A stretch of DNA of 64,000 nucleotides from Lingula anatina (taxonomy: Eukaryota; Animalia; Brachiopoda): assembly GCA_051362555.1 (NCBI GenBank), contig CM120647.1, positions 12,438,651-12,502,650 of the forward strand, read 5' to 3'. Below, piece after piece: positions 1 through 13,249 of this stretch. Numbering within the stretch: position 1 is the first letter of the stretch; the number at the start of each line of letters is the position of its first letter. The notes under the pieces are model-generated. The model was not told where the DNA came from. It searched no databases and saw only the letters and a list, made by a program, of their open reading frames with translations. The position numbers and the translations under genes are program-made.

Positions 1-866
1 TTAATCAATATCGAGAAAATCAACGTCAAGGTGGATGATCACCAGACAGAATCGCTCTCACCAGGAGTTTCACATTGTAGAAGTGAGTTTTCGTCTATAA
101 GATATTTACCTCTATGCTGCCAGAAATGGACAGTTTTGCTAGAGATATGATAATAGAGATAATAGAGAGATGATTTTCCAGTATACTTTGACCCTCAGGG
201 TGATATTATCATACAGCAGGTACATATTGACAATTAGTGTACAGGGAGGAGACTGTCATTTAGTGAAAAAGACAGAAATATGGCGTGGGGTCCAGGTGGC
301 CGACTAGGGCAATGATATTTTGGCTCCCAAGAAGTCGGAAATCTGCCAAAATAAGGAAAAATGTCATCCCTGAGTGTAAGGTTCCAGTAGGTTATCATAC
401 TCAAGGTGGGAAGACCTGACTTCTGTCACAATCTGACATCTTTTGGTTATTAGAAAATCCAGTCCCAATCATCCACCCGAGTACAGCCGAGGATGAAAAT
501 ATAACATAAATGATGGGCCTTTTATCTCAGAGTCTTCCAATTTTAAAAATACATCAAATTCAGGTACCATTACTGTTATTTTGCTACAGAGGCTAGATCA
601 CTTCACTGAGAATCTAATATCACATCTTCAACATCTTTCTCTCTGTTTCTTTTTCTCTCTGGCTCTATCCATACATCCCTCTCCTCTCTCTTTCCCTACC
701 CTCTGCCAGGGTCAAACAGTGATTTTTCACTAGATATTCACAGATATGTTTCTCGCTAATTAAAGACAGAAACCCTGTGCAGGAGAAAAGTGCACATTTT
801 TAATATGTGGCCCTGGTATGGGGAAGTCTTTCCCCCTGTATCTCCCCCCCCCCCCCCCCACGCACA

Positions 867-908
<42 letters not shown>

Positions 909-1305
909 ACTCACTCTCATCTTACCTTTTCTCACTCCCTACAGGAATATCCTCTCCAGCACGAAAACACCAACTCTATGTACCCCTAGATATGTCAGTA
1001 TCCACATATATACATCCAGCTCGGCCCACTCGACATTCCTTCCCCAGACTATAACACACTGGAAGCTCAGTGGAAAGCTCTAAGCTGTAAGGTGCATTAA
1101 TGTAGTTACTAAAACCCTCATGCTGCTTATGACAGCTCAGTGTGCGGCCAGCCATTTAATTAGGGGGAGGGGGAAGGGAAAGTGGTGATAAAGTGGTCAT
1201 GTTTCATGGGGAAGGAGAGAGGGGGAAAGGGCAGAGAAGGATGAGAAGTTGTGTGCAAGAGAAAGTGAATGAGAAAGAGATAGCATGCATATGTGACAAG
1301 GCCTA

Positions 1306-1334
1306 TGTGTGTGTGTTTGCATCTGTGTGTGTGT

Positions 1335-1371
<37 letters not shown>

Positions 1372-1377
1372 CATGTA

Positions 1378-1428
<51 letters not shown>
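1306..1428. repeat. Compound (GT)n/(AG)n microsatellite; related (CT)n/(CA)n tracts at 861-912 and 1524-1578
   Basis: Directly visible dinucleotide runs. Confidence 0.95.
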
Positions 1429-1433
<5 letters not shown>

Positions 1434-1521
1434 GGAATCAGAGGAAGGCAGATGTAGAAAACTGGCCGAGTTGACTACATGTGTGGATTATACAAATATC
1501 AAACATCCATCTGGTGAAGAC

Positions 1522-1578
<57 letters not shown>

Positions 1579-3022
1579 GTATATATAAAATAGCCCACTA
1601 ACAAGAAAGGCTCACTGAACACACCCTATCCTGCTGAGGCTGACAAAGGCAGTTCAGTCCCAGCTAGTGAAGTAATGGGTTTAATTGTGGTGGCCCCCAC
1701 TGTGAGGGGGAGGAGAGGCTACTGGCAGGTCAATGGGGGATTAAGGTGTATCCCACTGGTAACAAGGCCTTAATGGAGCCAACACAGGGGAGGGAGGAAG
1801 GGGAGTATGGTACAGTTAATGTGTACTGTTAAATAGTTAATTTATCATTTTTAAAGAGACTCAACATGGCTTTACCTGAAAAAGCCATGATATCGACTCT
1901 TCATCAGTGATGAGGGTATTTAATTCACTGTTTTCATAGATTGTTTTATTTATTTTTGAGAATATTTCAGAGAAAGATGTGGAATGTGAAATGGAAGTCA
2001 ATTTTATACCCCTGTAAGCCTAACTTTCATTAATATCCATAACAGAAAATAAGAAAGATATATAAATCAACAATTCACATATAATCTATAAGAACTTCAC
2101 TCAAATCTTTTAAGATATGATGATAAGTGGACTGATCTCGAAGTAAATATATATGCCCAAAAGTTTACTTTGCCAAGTTTAACACTAAGTATATTATTCT
2201 TGATATAAACATTCCCATGACTTAATTCCCCAAGTATAACACAAATTAATTCTTGAAGTGAACACACCCAAAAAAAAAAAAAGCTCACTTCTTTAAGTAT
2301 AACATTGGAAGTTAACAGTCAATATTTAAAGAAGTGAACACAGTCAATCCGTCAACTCGTGGATACAAAAGCAGGAATGGGTAAATACGGCTGAAAAGTC
2401 CAGCTGTGTATTTAGGCTACTGGTGTTGACAGTAAACTAGATTGTGGCCTCATAAATGGATTGTATTTGTTTTTGTGATCAGATATTTGCTGGGTGAAAT
2501 GTGCCCCGTTTTTTGGTAGGCTGTTGGTGTGTGGGGGGAGGAGGGGGAGGGGAGGGGGGAGGAGAGGAGGGGAGGGGCAGAGTAAGCTAGGTCCCTAACT
2601 TTTCACTGTACTACACTATAGATACAAGCAAACAGCAAGTGGTTCATTAAATTATCATTATTTTTACACTGAAAGTAGTGGATTCTGTGTGTGTATGTGT
2701 GTGTATGTGTGTAGCTATGTGCATGTGCATGTTTGTGTGATTGCATCAATGCACCTGTGTGTATGCGTGAAGACTGGGGGGGGGGGTTAACTTTGCACTT
2801 TTCAGTTGACAAATTGAACACAATTAGGTTCAGTACAAGAATAAGCTCATTGAAACAGTTTTAAGACTATCTACAGACTATCTACAGGAAACAGACAGTT
2901 TCTCTGAATTAACAGGCAACCATTTCATTTGAGAAAAACTGTCACTTTGTCTCTAACAAGTGGAGAATCTATAGATTTTTGTTATCATAACAGTTATTAA
3001 ATTAAATTGCATGCATACATAA

Positions 3023-3061
<39 letters not shown>

Positions 3062-4803
3062 ACACTCATCATAACAATTACGTCAATATAACTATAATCT
3101 GCCAGCCCCAGTATTGTCTAGATCTAGTCAGTGGTTTAGTATGGTTCACCTGTCTCACCTGTCACCAAGAGATTAGCATTTCTACACAGCATGTGTCTTA
3201 ACCACATCATTAAGTGTGGAACAGCAGGATGCCTAGGGTTTTCTATCAAACAAATGTTAATATTTCCAAATCTCTCTATATAACAGTATCACATAAAATA
3301 TCCACAGAAAATGTACCTGGATTGCACTTTCAGACTTGTCCTAGCTATGCATCCATTTGCTTCAGTGAAGCAGTGAATGATAGCAATAACATATTCATTC
3401 ACTGACAGCCAATACATAAAAACGCAACACAAATGCGAAAATTGCATGTTTATCACTGGAAATAGGCCACCTTAAGAACGGGCAGCAGATTCACGCCTTT
3501 GAAATATAATCTATAAAATAGCACAACTTGATGATGGGTCTATAATAGTTCTGACACGCCACGACATGCTGTGGGGAAACTTCAAAAGACCTCTCGGCTG
3601 CGGCAATTACTGGGGTTTCAGAACTGTGTGGTATGGAGGGATAACACAGGTGCATGTGACACCTGAGAGAATAACATGTTCAGTAATTTGACACACCTGT
3701 AACCTTCAAGGTATACTGTGCATGGAAAAAATGTCTCAAAGTCATATTGTTATGCCTTTATTTCCAGCCAAGCTATTATAATTTTTTTTCAATTCAAACC
3801 TTAAAAAAAAAAACCTGCAAAGATGTTTACTTTTCAGCTGTATCGTGCCAAAGTGTTTTTGTTTCAATAACCATCTTAGAGTGTTACCATTTTATTGTTT
3901 CTGATTTAGATGACATTTATGATTTTGTTGACATTCATGATTTTGCTGACATTTGTGATTTTGCTGAATTATTTTAGCTGAAGGTGGTAGTAAAACAAAT
4001 GATGTCCTCAAGGGAGCCCACGGCTATATCATTCACATGTGACATTAACAATCATCATTAAATCACGATACCTGGGGTAAAATACATTAAACAATTATCA
4101 CAAAATGACTGTTATCATGACTTATGCAATGTTACAAAGACTGTAGGTCAATGGGAAGAGAATTTATTTCAAAATTCATTTTTGTATGTTATTTAATGTT
4201 AAAAGTATAAGAAAAGAGGAAGATTTTAAAAAATAACCTTGAGATTTTTTTTTCTGTTCTCCCAGGCCTGTCGCCATAGTTGGGATATATAAGGTGAGAA
4301 TATTTCTATTTTGCTATTATATCATAAATAGGCCTGTGCATCATAGGAAAACCCTTCACATCGAAACATCAAATTTGATTATGAAAAGAAGAAAAAAAAG
4401 AAGGAGAAAAAACAAATAGTCCAACCACTATGATAATTTCAATGATAAACCACAGCCTGTTGGTTAATAGAAACAGCTATAATTATTTCAATTCAATTTC
4501 TTTTGCTGAGTCACCATGGCCTTTTGTGCATAAAACATGACAACCAACTGCAAGAGGTCACATTATCAAATTTTCAGCAGATAATATCTCACTATTACTA
4601 GACTTCCTTTAGAATAAAATTCATTCCTAAAACCAACATTCTAGATTTTAGTTGTATTCAAAATCCTGACTAATATGAGACATATGATAAATTATTTTAT
4701 GGTGAAATTTACATTTTACTCGGACAATACAAAACATAATTATGTTGAGCTATTAATAAATTTTACCATGTTTGAGTGAACCCACAGTAATTATAACATA
4801 TAT

Positions 4804-4971
4804 CAGGGGCGGATCCAGAGATATATTCTGACAGTCTTCCAAATTTTCTTTGTTGATCCATCCTTAATTTTTGACCGTCTTCCGACAGAAAAAATTAAAT
4901 ACCCGTCAATATAAACTTGAAAATCTGACAGTCTTCCAGAAGACCCAGAAGACGGCCTGAATCCGCCCCTG
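4804..4971. mobile_element. MITE with CAGGGGCGGAT(C/T)CAG terminal inverted repeats (hAT-like non-autonomous element)
   Basis: Begins caggggcggatccag and ends ctgaatccgcccctg, with internal gacagtcttcc repeats. A second copy lies at 50865-51031 in the opposite orientation. Confidence 0.8.
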
Positions 4972-5367
4972 TATATCATTACTCCACATGCATCATTACT
5001 CAACATGCAGAATCATAACATTATAACAATACACTGTATCTATATTCTGATCATTATCTATCAGTTCTACTGTCTAGCATAAAATAAAATAGCAATCAGT
5101 GATAACAGGTGCCATAGCTTACCATGAAGTTTTAATCAAAGTGCACAGACTTATTCTCATTAGTTTTAACTAAAAAAAATGAAATATTATTAAATAAGGT
5201 AAAAAGAAGACAGACACAAAAGTCATAACTTACTTGCAATCCGTGAGGCCGATATAACACACTCTGTGGGTTTTAGATGAACTCGAGCTCACTCGTCATC
5301 AGTTTACCAAATGTACCGACAGCATACGACCATCTGTGCCTCCGCGATGTGTTCCTAGATCCTGCAG

Positions 5368-5555
5368 CAGCAGTTGTACTAATTATCTTAATGAGTGAAT
5401 CATTATCATGTGTCCTTGTATATTGTAGTTCATGTAATCCAGTAATGATGTCATAGACAGCAGATGTAATAATTATCTCAATGAATGAATCATTATCATG
5501 TCTCTTTGTATGTAGTACTTCATGTAGACTAGTAATGATGTCATGGGCAGCACAG
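5368..5555. repeat. 90-bp tandem duplication (2 copies plus a partial)
   Basis: cagcagttgtactaattatcttaatgagtgaatcattatcatg...agtaatgatgtcat is repeated at 5368 and 5458. Confidence 0.8.
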
Positions 5556-6649
5556 CCTCAGCACAGAAATCCAATGAAAGAAAAGTGTTCGCAGAAGTCC
5601 TGTTAAGTTATCACCAACTCGATGAAATTCTTATTTTCATTAAACATTAAACTTTATGCTGAAGTCCTGGTAAGTTCTTGGTCAACAACTGGTGCAATCC
5701 AACAATGCAGCTGTGATGAAACAGTCTTAAAGAGAAAAGTGTAACAGAAAATCCTAATTTCTTGAAGTTTTTGTGAACTAATTCCAGTTAAGAGCTGATT
5801 CAGAAGTTTTTCACATGTCTCTTGTTCCTTTCAACCAGGTATTTTTTGTGCTCGTCATTTGAAATGAAAAGGCCACAGTGTGACACTTTTTACTTGGAAA
5901 TATCAGTTTTGTCTTTATGTTTACATGCAATCTGACAAGTAAAGACCAATATCCTGGTGGTTTGAATTACTCTTCCAAAATCCCAGTTGAATTTGTCACT
6001 TCAGAAAAAGAACACGTATCTGAACCACAAACATGTATAAACAAGTTGTGCATCCGTACTATGTGAGTTCATCTGCTCTACGCACATTTTCAAAGTCTGT
6101 ATCTTGTCCCTTGTATAAGTTACCCGAGCTCCTATAAACCCTTCAAGACTGTCAAATTCATTTTCCACACCTGAGTAACTTAATTGCCCATTGCTGGAGC
6201 ACAACAAAAGCAGGAGAAAATGATCAGTGACTTCATAGCAAGGTGACATACTGGTCTTCTCTCAGCTGTTATAAGTTTTGCTACCATCATATTTTGAAGA
6301 GACCAATTACATGACTGTTTTATCTCTGCCCACCCCCCACCCCCACCCCTTTTTAGGCTTCATTTCAATCCCTTTTGTGGATTTCATTTAATTTTTAATT
6401 CACAAATCAACATTTCCAAACTCTGCAGGATTTTTCTTTTCCTTTTCATAATTTATTTATTTATTTATTTTGCCCTCTATCAGCCTAGTCTTTATTCTAA
6501 CAACTCTGTAAATTTGAAATAATAAAATCCAATCACTGACATTTTCCTCGCCCCAACTCCCCCCCCCCCCCCCCCCCCCCCGTGCCCCTGTTGCAGCTGT
6601 CAACAAAGGTCCAGTATTTGTCCCACCTGGTGGTCGTAAAGACTGATGA

Positions 6650-7040
6650 ATCACTCTATCCCTCAGGTGTCACCTTCAGCTCTTACATGTCTACCAAGGT
6701 GATATATCTACTTTAAAAGGTGAAACAGAGGGTTCAAGAATTTTATTTCTCTCAGGTGATATACTAAGTAAAAAACCCTTCCACAAGGGGGATGATTACA
6801 CAGAGTTCCAAAAATTCTTACCTCTAAAATATGGTTACAGGGAGTGGGTACAGAGGGTTCCAATATAATGGCAATTTTTCAAAATGTAGTAATGGAGGGA
6901 TCAGAGAGATGTCTACCTCAAAAACATATAGTAATGGAAGGTTCAAGCAGTGGCTGCCTCCAGAGAGTAGCTACAGGGTATTTCAGAAACACCTACCAAT
7001 AAATGCATAGTTACAGAGGATTCCAGAAATATCTACTTCT
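6650..7040. repeat. Degenerate minisatellite (~55-60 nt period)
   Basis: Recurrent tacagagggttcca...ctacctc motifs. Confidence 0.45.
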
Positions 7041-7117
7041 TCAATCAAACAAGGAAAATAAAATTAATTTCAAATACTCTCCCACCCTTCCCTACTGATC
7101 TTCTAGATCTACTTCTC

Positions 7118-7160
<43 letters not shown>
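7118..7160. repeat. (AAT)n microsatellite (others at ~34534-34576, ~34801-34843, ~43235-43271)
   Basis: Directly visible trinucleotide runs. Confidence 0.95.
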
Positions 7161-8147
7161 GTAATATTGACATTGGAAATATTGACAAAGCTGCTTTTTT
7201 TCATGATTTATCATTTGAGTCACCCACAAAAACACTCTCTCAGGCATTATTGCTGCTCATCTTTTAAAACTCTCTATATATCTGCTGCAGAAAATACTCT
7301 CTCATCATTGATTGCTTTTATGAAGTAATATTTATATTAACTAAATTTGTTTAATAAACATACTGAATAATTTCAACATGCACTGGTTCACTCCCAATGA
7401 AATCATGACTGTCATAACACAATAAACAGTTGATGTATCTTTGTAATTAATAGGGAGTTCACAAAAAGAGTACCTGCAATTACTAAACAGGGGACCTTCA
7501 ATCCATTATGATATGAAGTTTAAATAGGAAACAAAAACTGCAAGAAATGTTCTGTTATGTGTGATGCCCTGTGAAGTCATTAGTGTCACAACGCTGTGGA
7601 AAAGAGATGTGTCTTAGTCATAGATAAAGAATTGCTCCATTTACTGTAATTTATTTCTGGTCTTTAAAATGTCTATGGGGAGATGATACGTTTCACTATA
7701 ATAGGCATTTTCACATTGCATATAGGGACTTAAACATTGAGTATAGGCATTTGAAAATTTTTTTTATGTATAGCTGTCTTTAAAATTATTAGCCATCTTT
7801 TGAAACCAGATGCAGCAAATGACTGCTGGTTTGCTTTCTCTGCCTTGCCTTATAACAATGTTGCAACCCCCTCTCGAGAACTTTGACTGTTCAATGACAA
7901 TTCATCTAAGCAAGGAAGTAATGAAGTTAACATATAAAGCTGAAACTATTTTGCAACACCAGTTGCAATAGGACTGATTAACAATCTTTACAAAAAAAGC
8001 ACAAAAAAGTAACGGTAAAATATATAAAATGTACAGTTGGGTCAATATAAAATATAACGCCAATGCTCGTCAAATAAAAACTATAATGACTGTCACTGCA
8101 ATTATTTTTATCATAATTTGATATTTTTTTACTTTTAACATACAACA

Positions 8148-8153
8148 TTTATT
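8148..8153 (-). terminator. Candidate polyadenylation signal (AATAAA) of the ANK-SAM gene
   Basis: tttatt on the plus strand, ~640 nt past the stop codon. Confidence 0.35.
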
Positions 8154-8790
8154 CCTGCCTCAAAGAAATGTTCCACATTCAGCAAACTTTTTGAATTTGC
8201 ACAATTCCAGAATTCAAAGCCAGGCATTTTACACAAAACAAATAAACATGATGATATATGACTTACAAATAACACAGGAAAACTTCTGCACCATTCTTTC
8301 TTGTACTTATCATGTGCAATCAATCTAAATACTTTTTAAAAAGTTATAGCAAGTTCAATGTATATTTTTACAACATGTAAAATGCTCTCACATTAAAATA
8401 ATAATAATAATATGACAGCTCATAAATGTTCCTTGAAAGATAAAATAATACACTCTCAGGAAGACAGCTAATAGATCTAACAAAACAAGAACAATAATGC
8501 AATTTGACAGCCAATAAATGTGACATGACAAGACCAAAATAATTAATAGCACCACCACTGCAATAACAGCTTGTCTGCATAAAATAAAAAGTTGTTGATA
8601 TTTTCTGGAAGATCCAAGAGATTTTTCAACTCTCAGCTATATTGACAAAGCTTCAGCCATCAGAAAGCATGCCTCACATATTTCAAAAAATCTTCTTTCA
8701 GTTGAAAAATGAGATCATTTTCACAATGGCACAAACCAAATTCCTGACACTATAATAAGCAAAAGATTAGGACACAGAACTCAAAATCAT

Positions 8791-11700
8791 TCAAATAGCG
8801 TCTTTTTCCTCCATGGCTAACCAGGCATCTCTTGCTATAAGCACCAATTTCTTATCGCCAAAAGCGAGATTGGGAACAACCTCCTTCATATCATCCATAG
8901 TCAGGTGCTCCAGCACCTTGCCACGAATTTTGGCCGTCATAAAAGTCATAACTGTCTCAGCATCCAGGCCGAGACTGTCCAGCCACGTACGGACATCAAT
9001 TATTGACCAATCAGCCATCTTCTTAGTTAGCTGCTGAGCTGTATCAAAGTCTGTGTCTTTCTCGTCTTCCCAGGGTTTGAGTGCTAGATCTTCCTCCGTG
9101 TTTGCACTGGCTGAGTCTTTACCAACTTCAGCCTGCTGGGAATCCCCACTTTGCTTATTTTCATTTCCAGATTTTGGGTCATTTTTAAGCTGACCCATGT
9201 CAACTTCAGAACTGGTCAAGTTTATTTCAGCTACATTCGACTGAAGATTGGAAACACCCTGATTTTCCTCTGCTGTAGTGGGCTTTCTCTCTCCCCCTTC
9301 TTTCAGCTCTGTTTGAATTTCCACTTCTTCTTTATTTCCAGATTCATTGTCCTTTCCTTTTTCAGTTGAACTAACAGGTGCATCACCAGCGCCATCTGAT
9401 GGTGACTTTTTGGTCACCTCTCCTGTGTAAATATTATTCTCGATGGGTCGCCTCTGGTACCTCTTCCCTGTTATGTTTCTCCTATCCTGTTGAGCATTAA
9501 CTTTACGATTGGCAACAATCATGTCAATCACAAATTTCCCATAATCCTCCTGCTGTTCCTGCAAAGATTTCTGGGAAGGTGAGGATTTCACTGAGCTTTG
9601 GTTTGGTGTTGTCTTGGTTGGTGAACTACTGCTACTGGGATCTACAGCAGAGGCCAAACTGCCGTCTGCATTTTCAGTCAATGGAGAACTTTCTGATTTA
9701 GAGGAGTTATCATCACTTGGGTTAACATTTGGATCAACCTTTTTTCCACTGGCAGATTCAAATATAAATTCAAAATTTTTGTCATCAATAACGGGGGTTG
9801 TAACACCTTCAGGTAAGACATACTCACTGCCAAACAATGCTCTGATATCATTGGACCTGGCTCTCTCCACTGCTGTCTCTCCTCTCTGAAAATATAAAAT
9901 ATGACGCACCAATTAGTATAATAGCTGATCTTTAATCACCTTTAGGGTTCCATTCTAGGCTTAATTCTGTAACTTAAAATATGCTGTATCAATATGTGCA
10001 GATTTACTTGTTGGTCTTCTTAGTATAAATATGAAAAAATTGGCTGTATACTGATTATAAATGAAATCATAAAATAAATTTAAGATTTCTTCTAATGTCA
10101 AACATTATACATTTGTCAATGATTCATCCTATTTCAAATTAATATTATATATATCTAAGAAAACCATTGTTAAACATAATCATTGTCCTATTCTAAATGA
10201 ATACATAATATCAAATCAATCTAACAAAACCTCTGTTTAACATAATCACAAGGTCAGCCTGTAGTGATCAATACTCACCACACCCTTCACAGTGGGGTCC
10301 AGACCCGCCTCCAGCAGCACTCTGACCACTGCCCCGTGGCCCCTGTCTACTGCCCAGTGGAGGGCTGTCCACAGGTTCTGCAGGGTGAGAAAAAAATATG
10401 TCATTAAATGTGTGTGTGTGTGTGTGTGTGCGTGTGTGCGTGTGTGCATGTGTGCAATTTCTATTCTAAGTTGCAAATTAGTGAGATCAAACTGTACAGG
10501 AGTACATAAGAATGGGTGCGTTTACATGGCATGAGTGTGAGCAATCATATACATATATCTATGTACATGTAAAAACATGAGACATTAGACACTTACAGTT
10601 CCCTGACAAGACATGAGACATTAGCCACTTACCGTTCCCTGAGTGGTGGTGTCACACTTGGCATCAATCAAGGCCTGGGCTACACCAGGGTGACCGTGGT
10701 AGGAGGCGAACATCAGGGGAGTGAAGTCTGCCTGGAGGGGAAGCAAACCATGGATTAGAATGAACTTTCAGGCTGCTGGTCACTTGGGAGCAGTAGACCT
10801 CAGTTAATTACTTATTTCAAAATTATTTATCAAAAAAAAGAAAAAAGAAAAAAAAAGCTAAGGGTGCATTTACAATGAAGCTAACATTCTAATTCTGTGG
10901 GAACTCTTGCTGAATGCAATCAGACTGAAAGATAAAGACGCCTCTTCCTGGCATTGAGTATAATACAGAAAATATAGTGATTATAAGAGTATGTTGAAAA
11001 TAAGTGGATGCGTGTCGATCTGTCAATCTGATTGCATTCAGTTTAAGTCCCTACAGATTTGGATTGATCTACCCAGTATGGTAGTTTCACTGTGAACGCA
11101 CCCTAAAATGGCTGCTAAAACTGAATTAAATCAAAATAGAAAAGAAACTTTTAAAACATTAGTTACAAGTCTGACACCAAATCTAGGAGTCAGTTTCCTG
11201 GAACCAGTGGCTGACAATGAAGACTGTACAGGTACTACAGCTACATGTTCACTACCTCTCCCTCATCACTGCTCTTCAGGTCCACATCACAGCCAGCGTC
11301 AATTAACATGGCAGCTATCTGCCCCAGCTTGTCTTCATCTTGAGTGCGACTTCTGCAGGTTTCATGTAGAGCTGTACGTAAATCCTGGGGTGTTTCATAA
11401 AGACATTGTATTTATAAAGAGTGATTTAAAATATTTTTCTCTTGTTTGGAAAATTCATATTATTATTATTTTTTTTTCTTTTTTTTTTTTTTTTTTTTTT
11501 TGGGGGGGGGGGGGGGTCATTCCAAATTAAGGCACTGCCTTTATTTGACTTTGCATTATTTTCTTGATTTTCCATTCGTTTCAAGGATAGTTACCATTTC
11601 AGATTAAATGTTTCCAAAGCTTCGTCTCACCTTATTCATGAGGTTGACGTCACAGTTGGAGTCGATAAGAAGCTTGACACACTCTGGTTGACACCAGTAA

Positions 11701-13249
11701 CATGCAATGATCAGGGGGCTCCAGCCATTCTGTAAAAACAAACAACCTTGTTAATATTTATTATTTGAAGGAGGACACCCCCATCCCAACTGTAAGTTAG
11801 AGGCAGTGATTAGGCAGCTCCAGCCATTCTGAAAATACACAGCACCATGTTAACACTTTTTGAAGATTATACCCCCCTCCCCCACACACACACACACACA
11901 AACACACAAGGTAGTGGCAGTGGTTGAGTGGTTTCAGCCATTCTGAAAATATACAATGACAACATACAATTCCTTATTATCTCATCCTGTGTGTAATATA
12001 ACAGTTACCTTATCCTGTGTATTAATCTCAGACCCAGCCTTGATCAGCATCTCCATGATGTCAGCATGCCCCTTCATAGCTGCATGGTGCAACGCCAGAT
12101 TACCACGCTGAAATAAATCACACTACAAATATCAACATAGGGAATTTTTTTTTAAAAATTATATGAAACCCATATCTTATTGCTGAATTTGTGGAAATTC
12201 CAACTTGTGGAAATTCAGCAGTGGCATTTTTGTTACTCTTTTGTTTAAAATTAGTTTTATAGATTTCATTTAAGGACTATTAATTTTATGAGGCTTACTA
12301 GTCCAAGTGGACTGTAGAAGTGAACAGTTTTTCAAAGCATTCATCACCCATATGATCAACATATTCCAAAATACAGTTCTTTACTTTCCTTAATACTTAA
12401 ATTATAACTACAACAGCAGAAAACTCGGTGGGAAAGTTTAAATCATTCTCCATTGATTTCACCTTTTTCTTGTATGTCCACAAGTCCAAGTTGGCAGCAG
12501 GGTGAAAAGTTTAGGGCCCACACTATACTAGTAATAGAAATCCATTCATTGATACTTACATCATCAACAACATTAACATTACAGCCAGCATCAATCAACA
12601 TCTGTACAATCTCTGCTTTGCCTTGGGAGGCCACATGTATGGGACAGGAGTTATGCTGGAGAAGACGGATATATAAAGAACGATTATATTATAACACTAC
12701 AGTATGAATATCCGAGAATAACATGTGTTTGAGAATAGATTCAAAACCTGGGGGTTGGAATGAAAACCAAAGCAAATGGTTCTTGATATCAAATTGGGAC
12801 CAATTTTAATAGATACCAACAGTCTACATGGATAGACCCAACTCTGCGTGGCAGGATTTATGGTGGAGAGGACGAGGATATATCCATGGATACTACTACA
12901 CTACTGAATAAATATCTGGGAATCATGAGAACATGTTCATGGGCATAAAACTGGGGTTTTACATGGAAACCTAAACACGTCCTTGATCATACTGATATTG
13001 ATATACTACAGGGAATTCCATTGAGCAATTTAGATTCAATTACATTATTTATTTACTATTTCACTTTGATATGGATTCATTTCACTAATATCAGTCTTGG
13101 CAGTTGAAATATACTACAGTGGCTCCACCTACAGTATAAGACACCCAGTTGACATCGATGCCTTGCTGTATGAACTCCTCAACTTTCTGGATACGACCAA
13201 AACCACAGGCTTCCCAGAATGCCTCTTGTCTACTCGCTGCCTGGCCCAT
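8791..13249 (-). CDS. Ankyrin-repeat and SAM-domain protein, ~610 aa, 8 coding exons, N-terminal MGQAAS myristoylation-type motif
   Basis: Exons (minus): 13249-13133, 12655-12560, 12107-12009, 11729-11631, 11384-11256, 10731-10633, 10377-10279, 9885-8791. All introns are GT-AG and phase 0. Internal exons each encode one ANK repeat (HNSCPIHVASQGKAEIVQMLIDAG, GNLALHHAAMKGHADIMEMLIKAG, GWSPLIIACY, RTALHETC, DFTPLMFASYHGH, LWTALHWAVDRGH). The last exon encodes a long S/E/K/Q-rich linker and a C-terminal SAM-like domain (DWSIIDVRTWLDSLGL...IRGKVLEHLTMDDMKE...AFGDKKLVL). Confidence 0.9.

Noticed and set aside
790-1593. ORFs with SLSLSL, HTHT, VCVC and RERE runs (also 43584-43989 and 53773-54059)
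   Set aside because: They are translations of microsatellites or poly-A, with no coding signal.
5270-5305. Hammerhead-like CTGATGA plus CGAG/CTCG stem on the minus strand
   Set aside because: The stem is followed by AGTT, not the required GAAA, and there are no stems I/III.
8813-9889. Plus-strand ORFs overlapping the ANK-SAM last exon (similarly 38492-38872, 55971-56270, 60491-60742)
   Set aside because: Antisense shadows of real coding exons.
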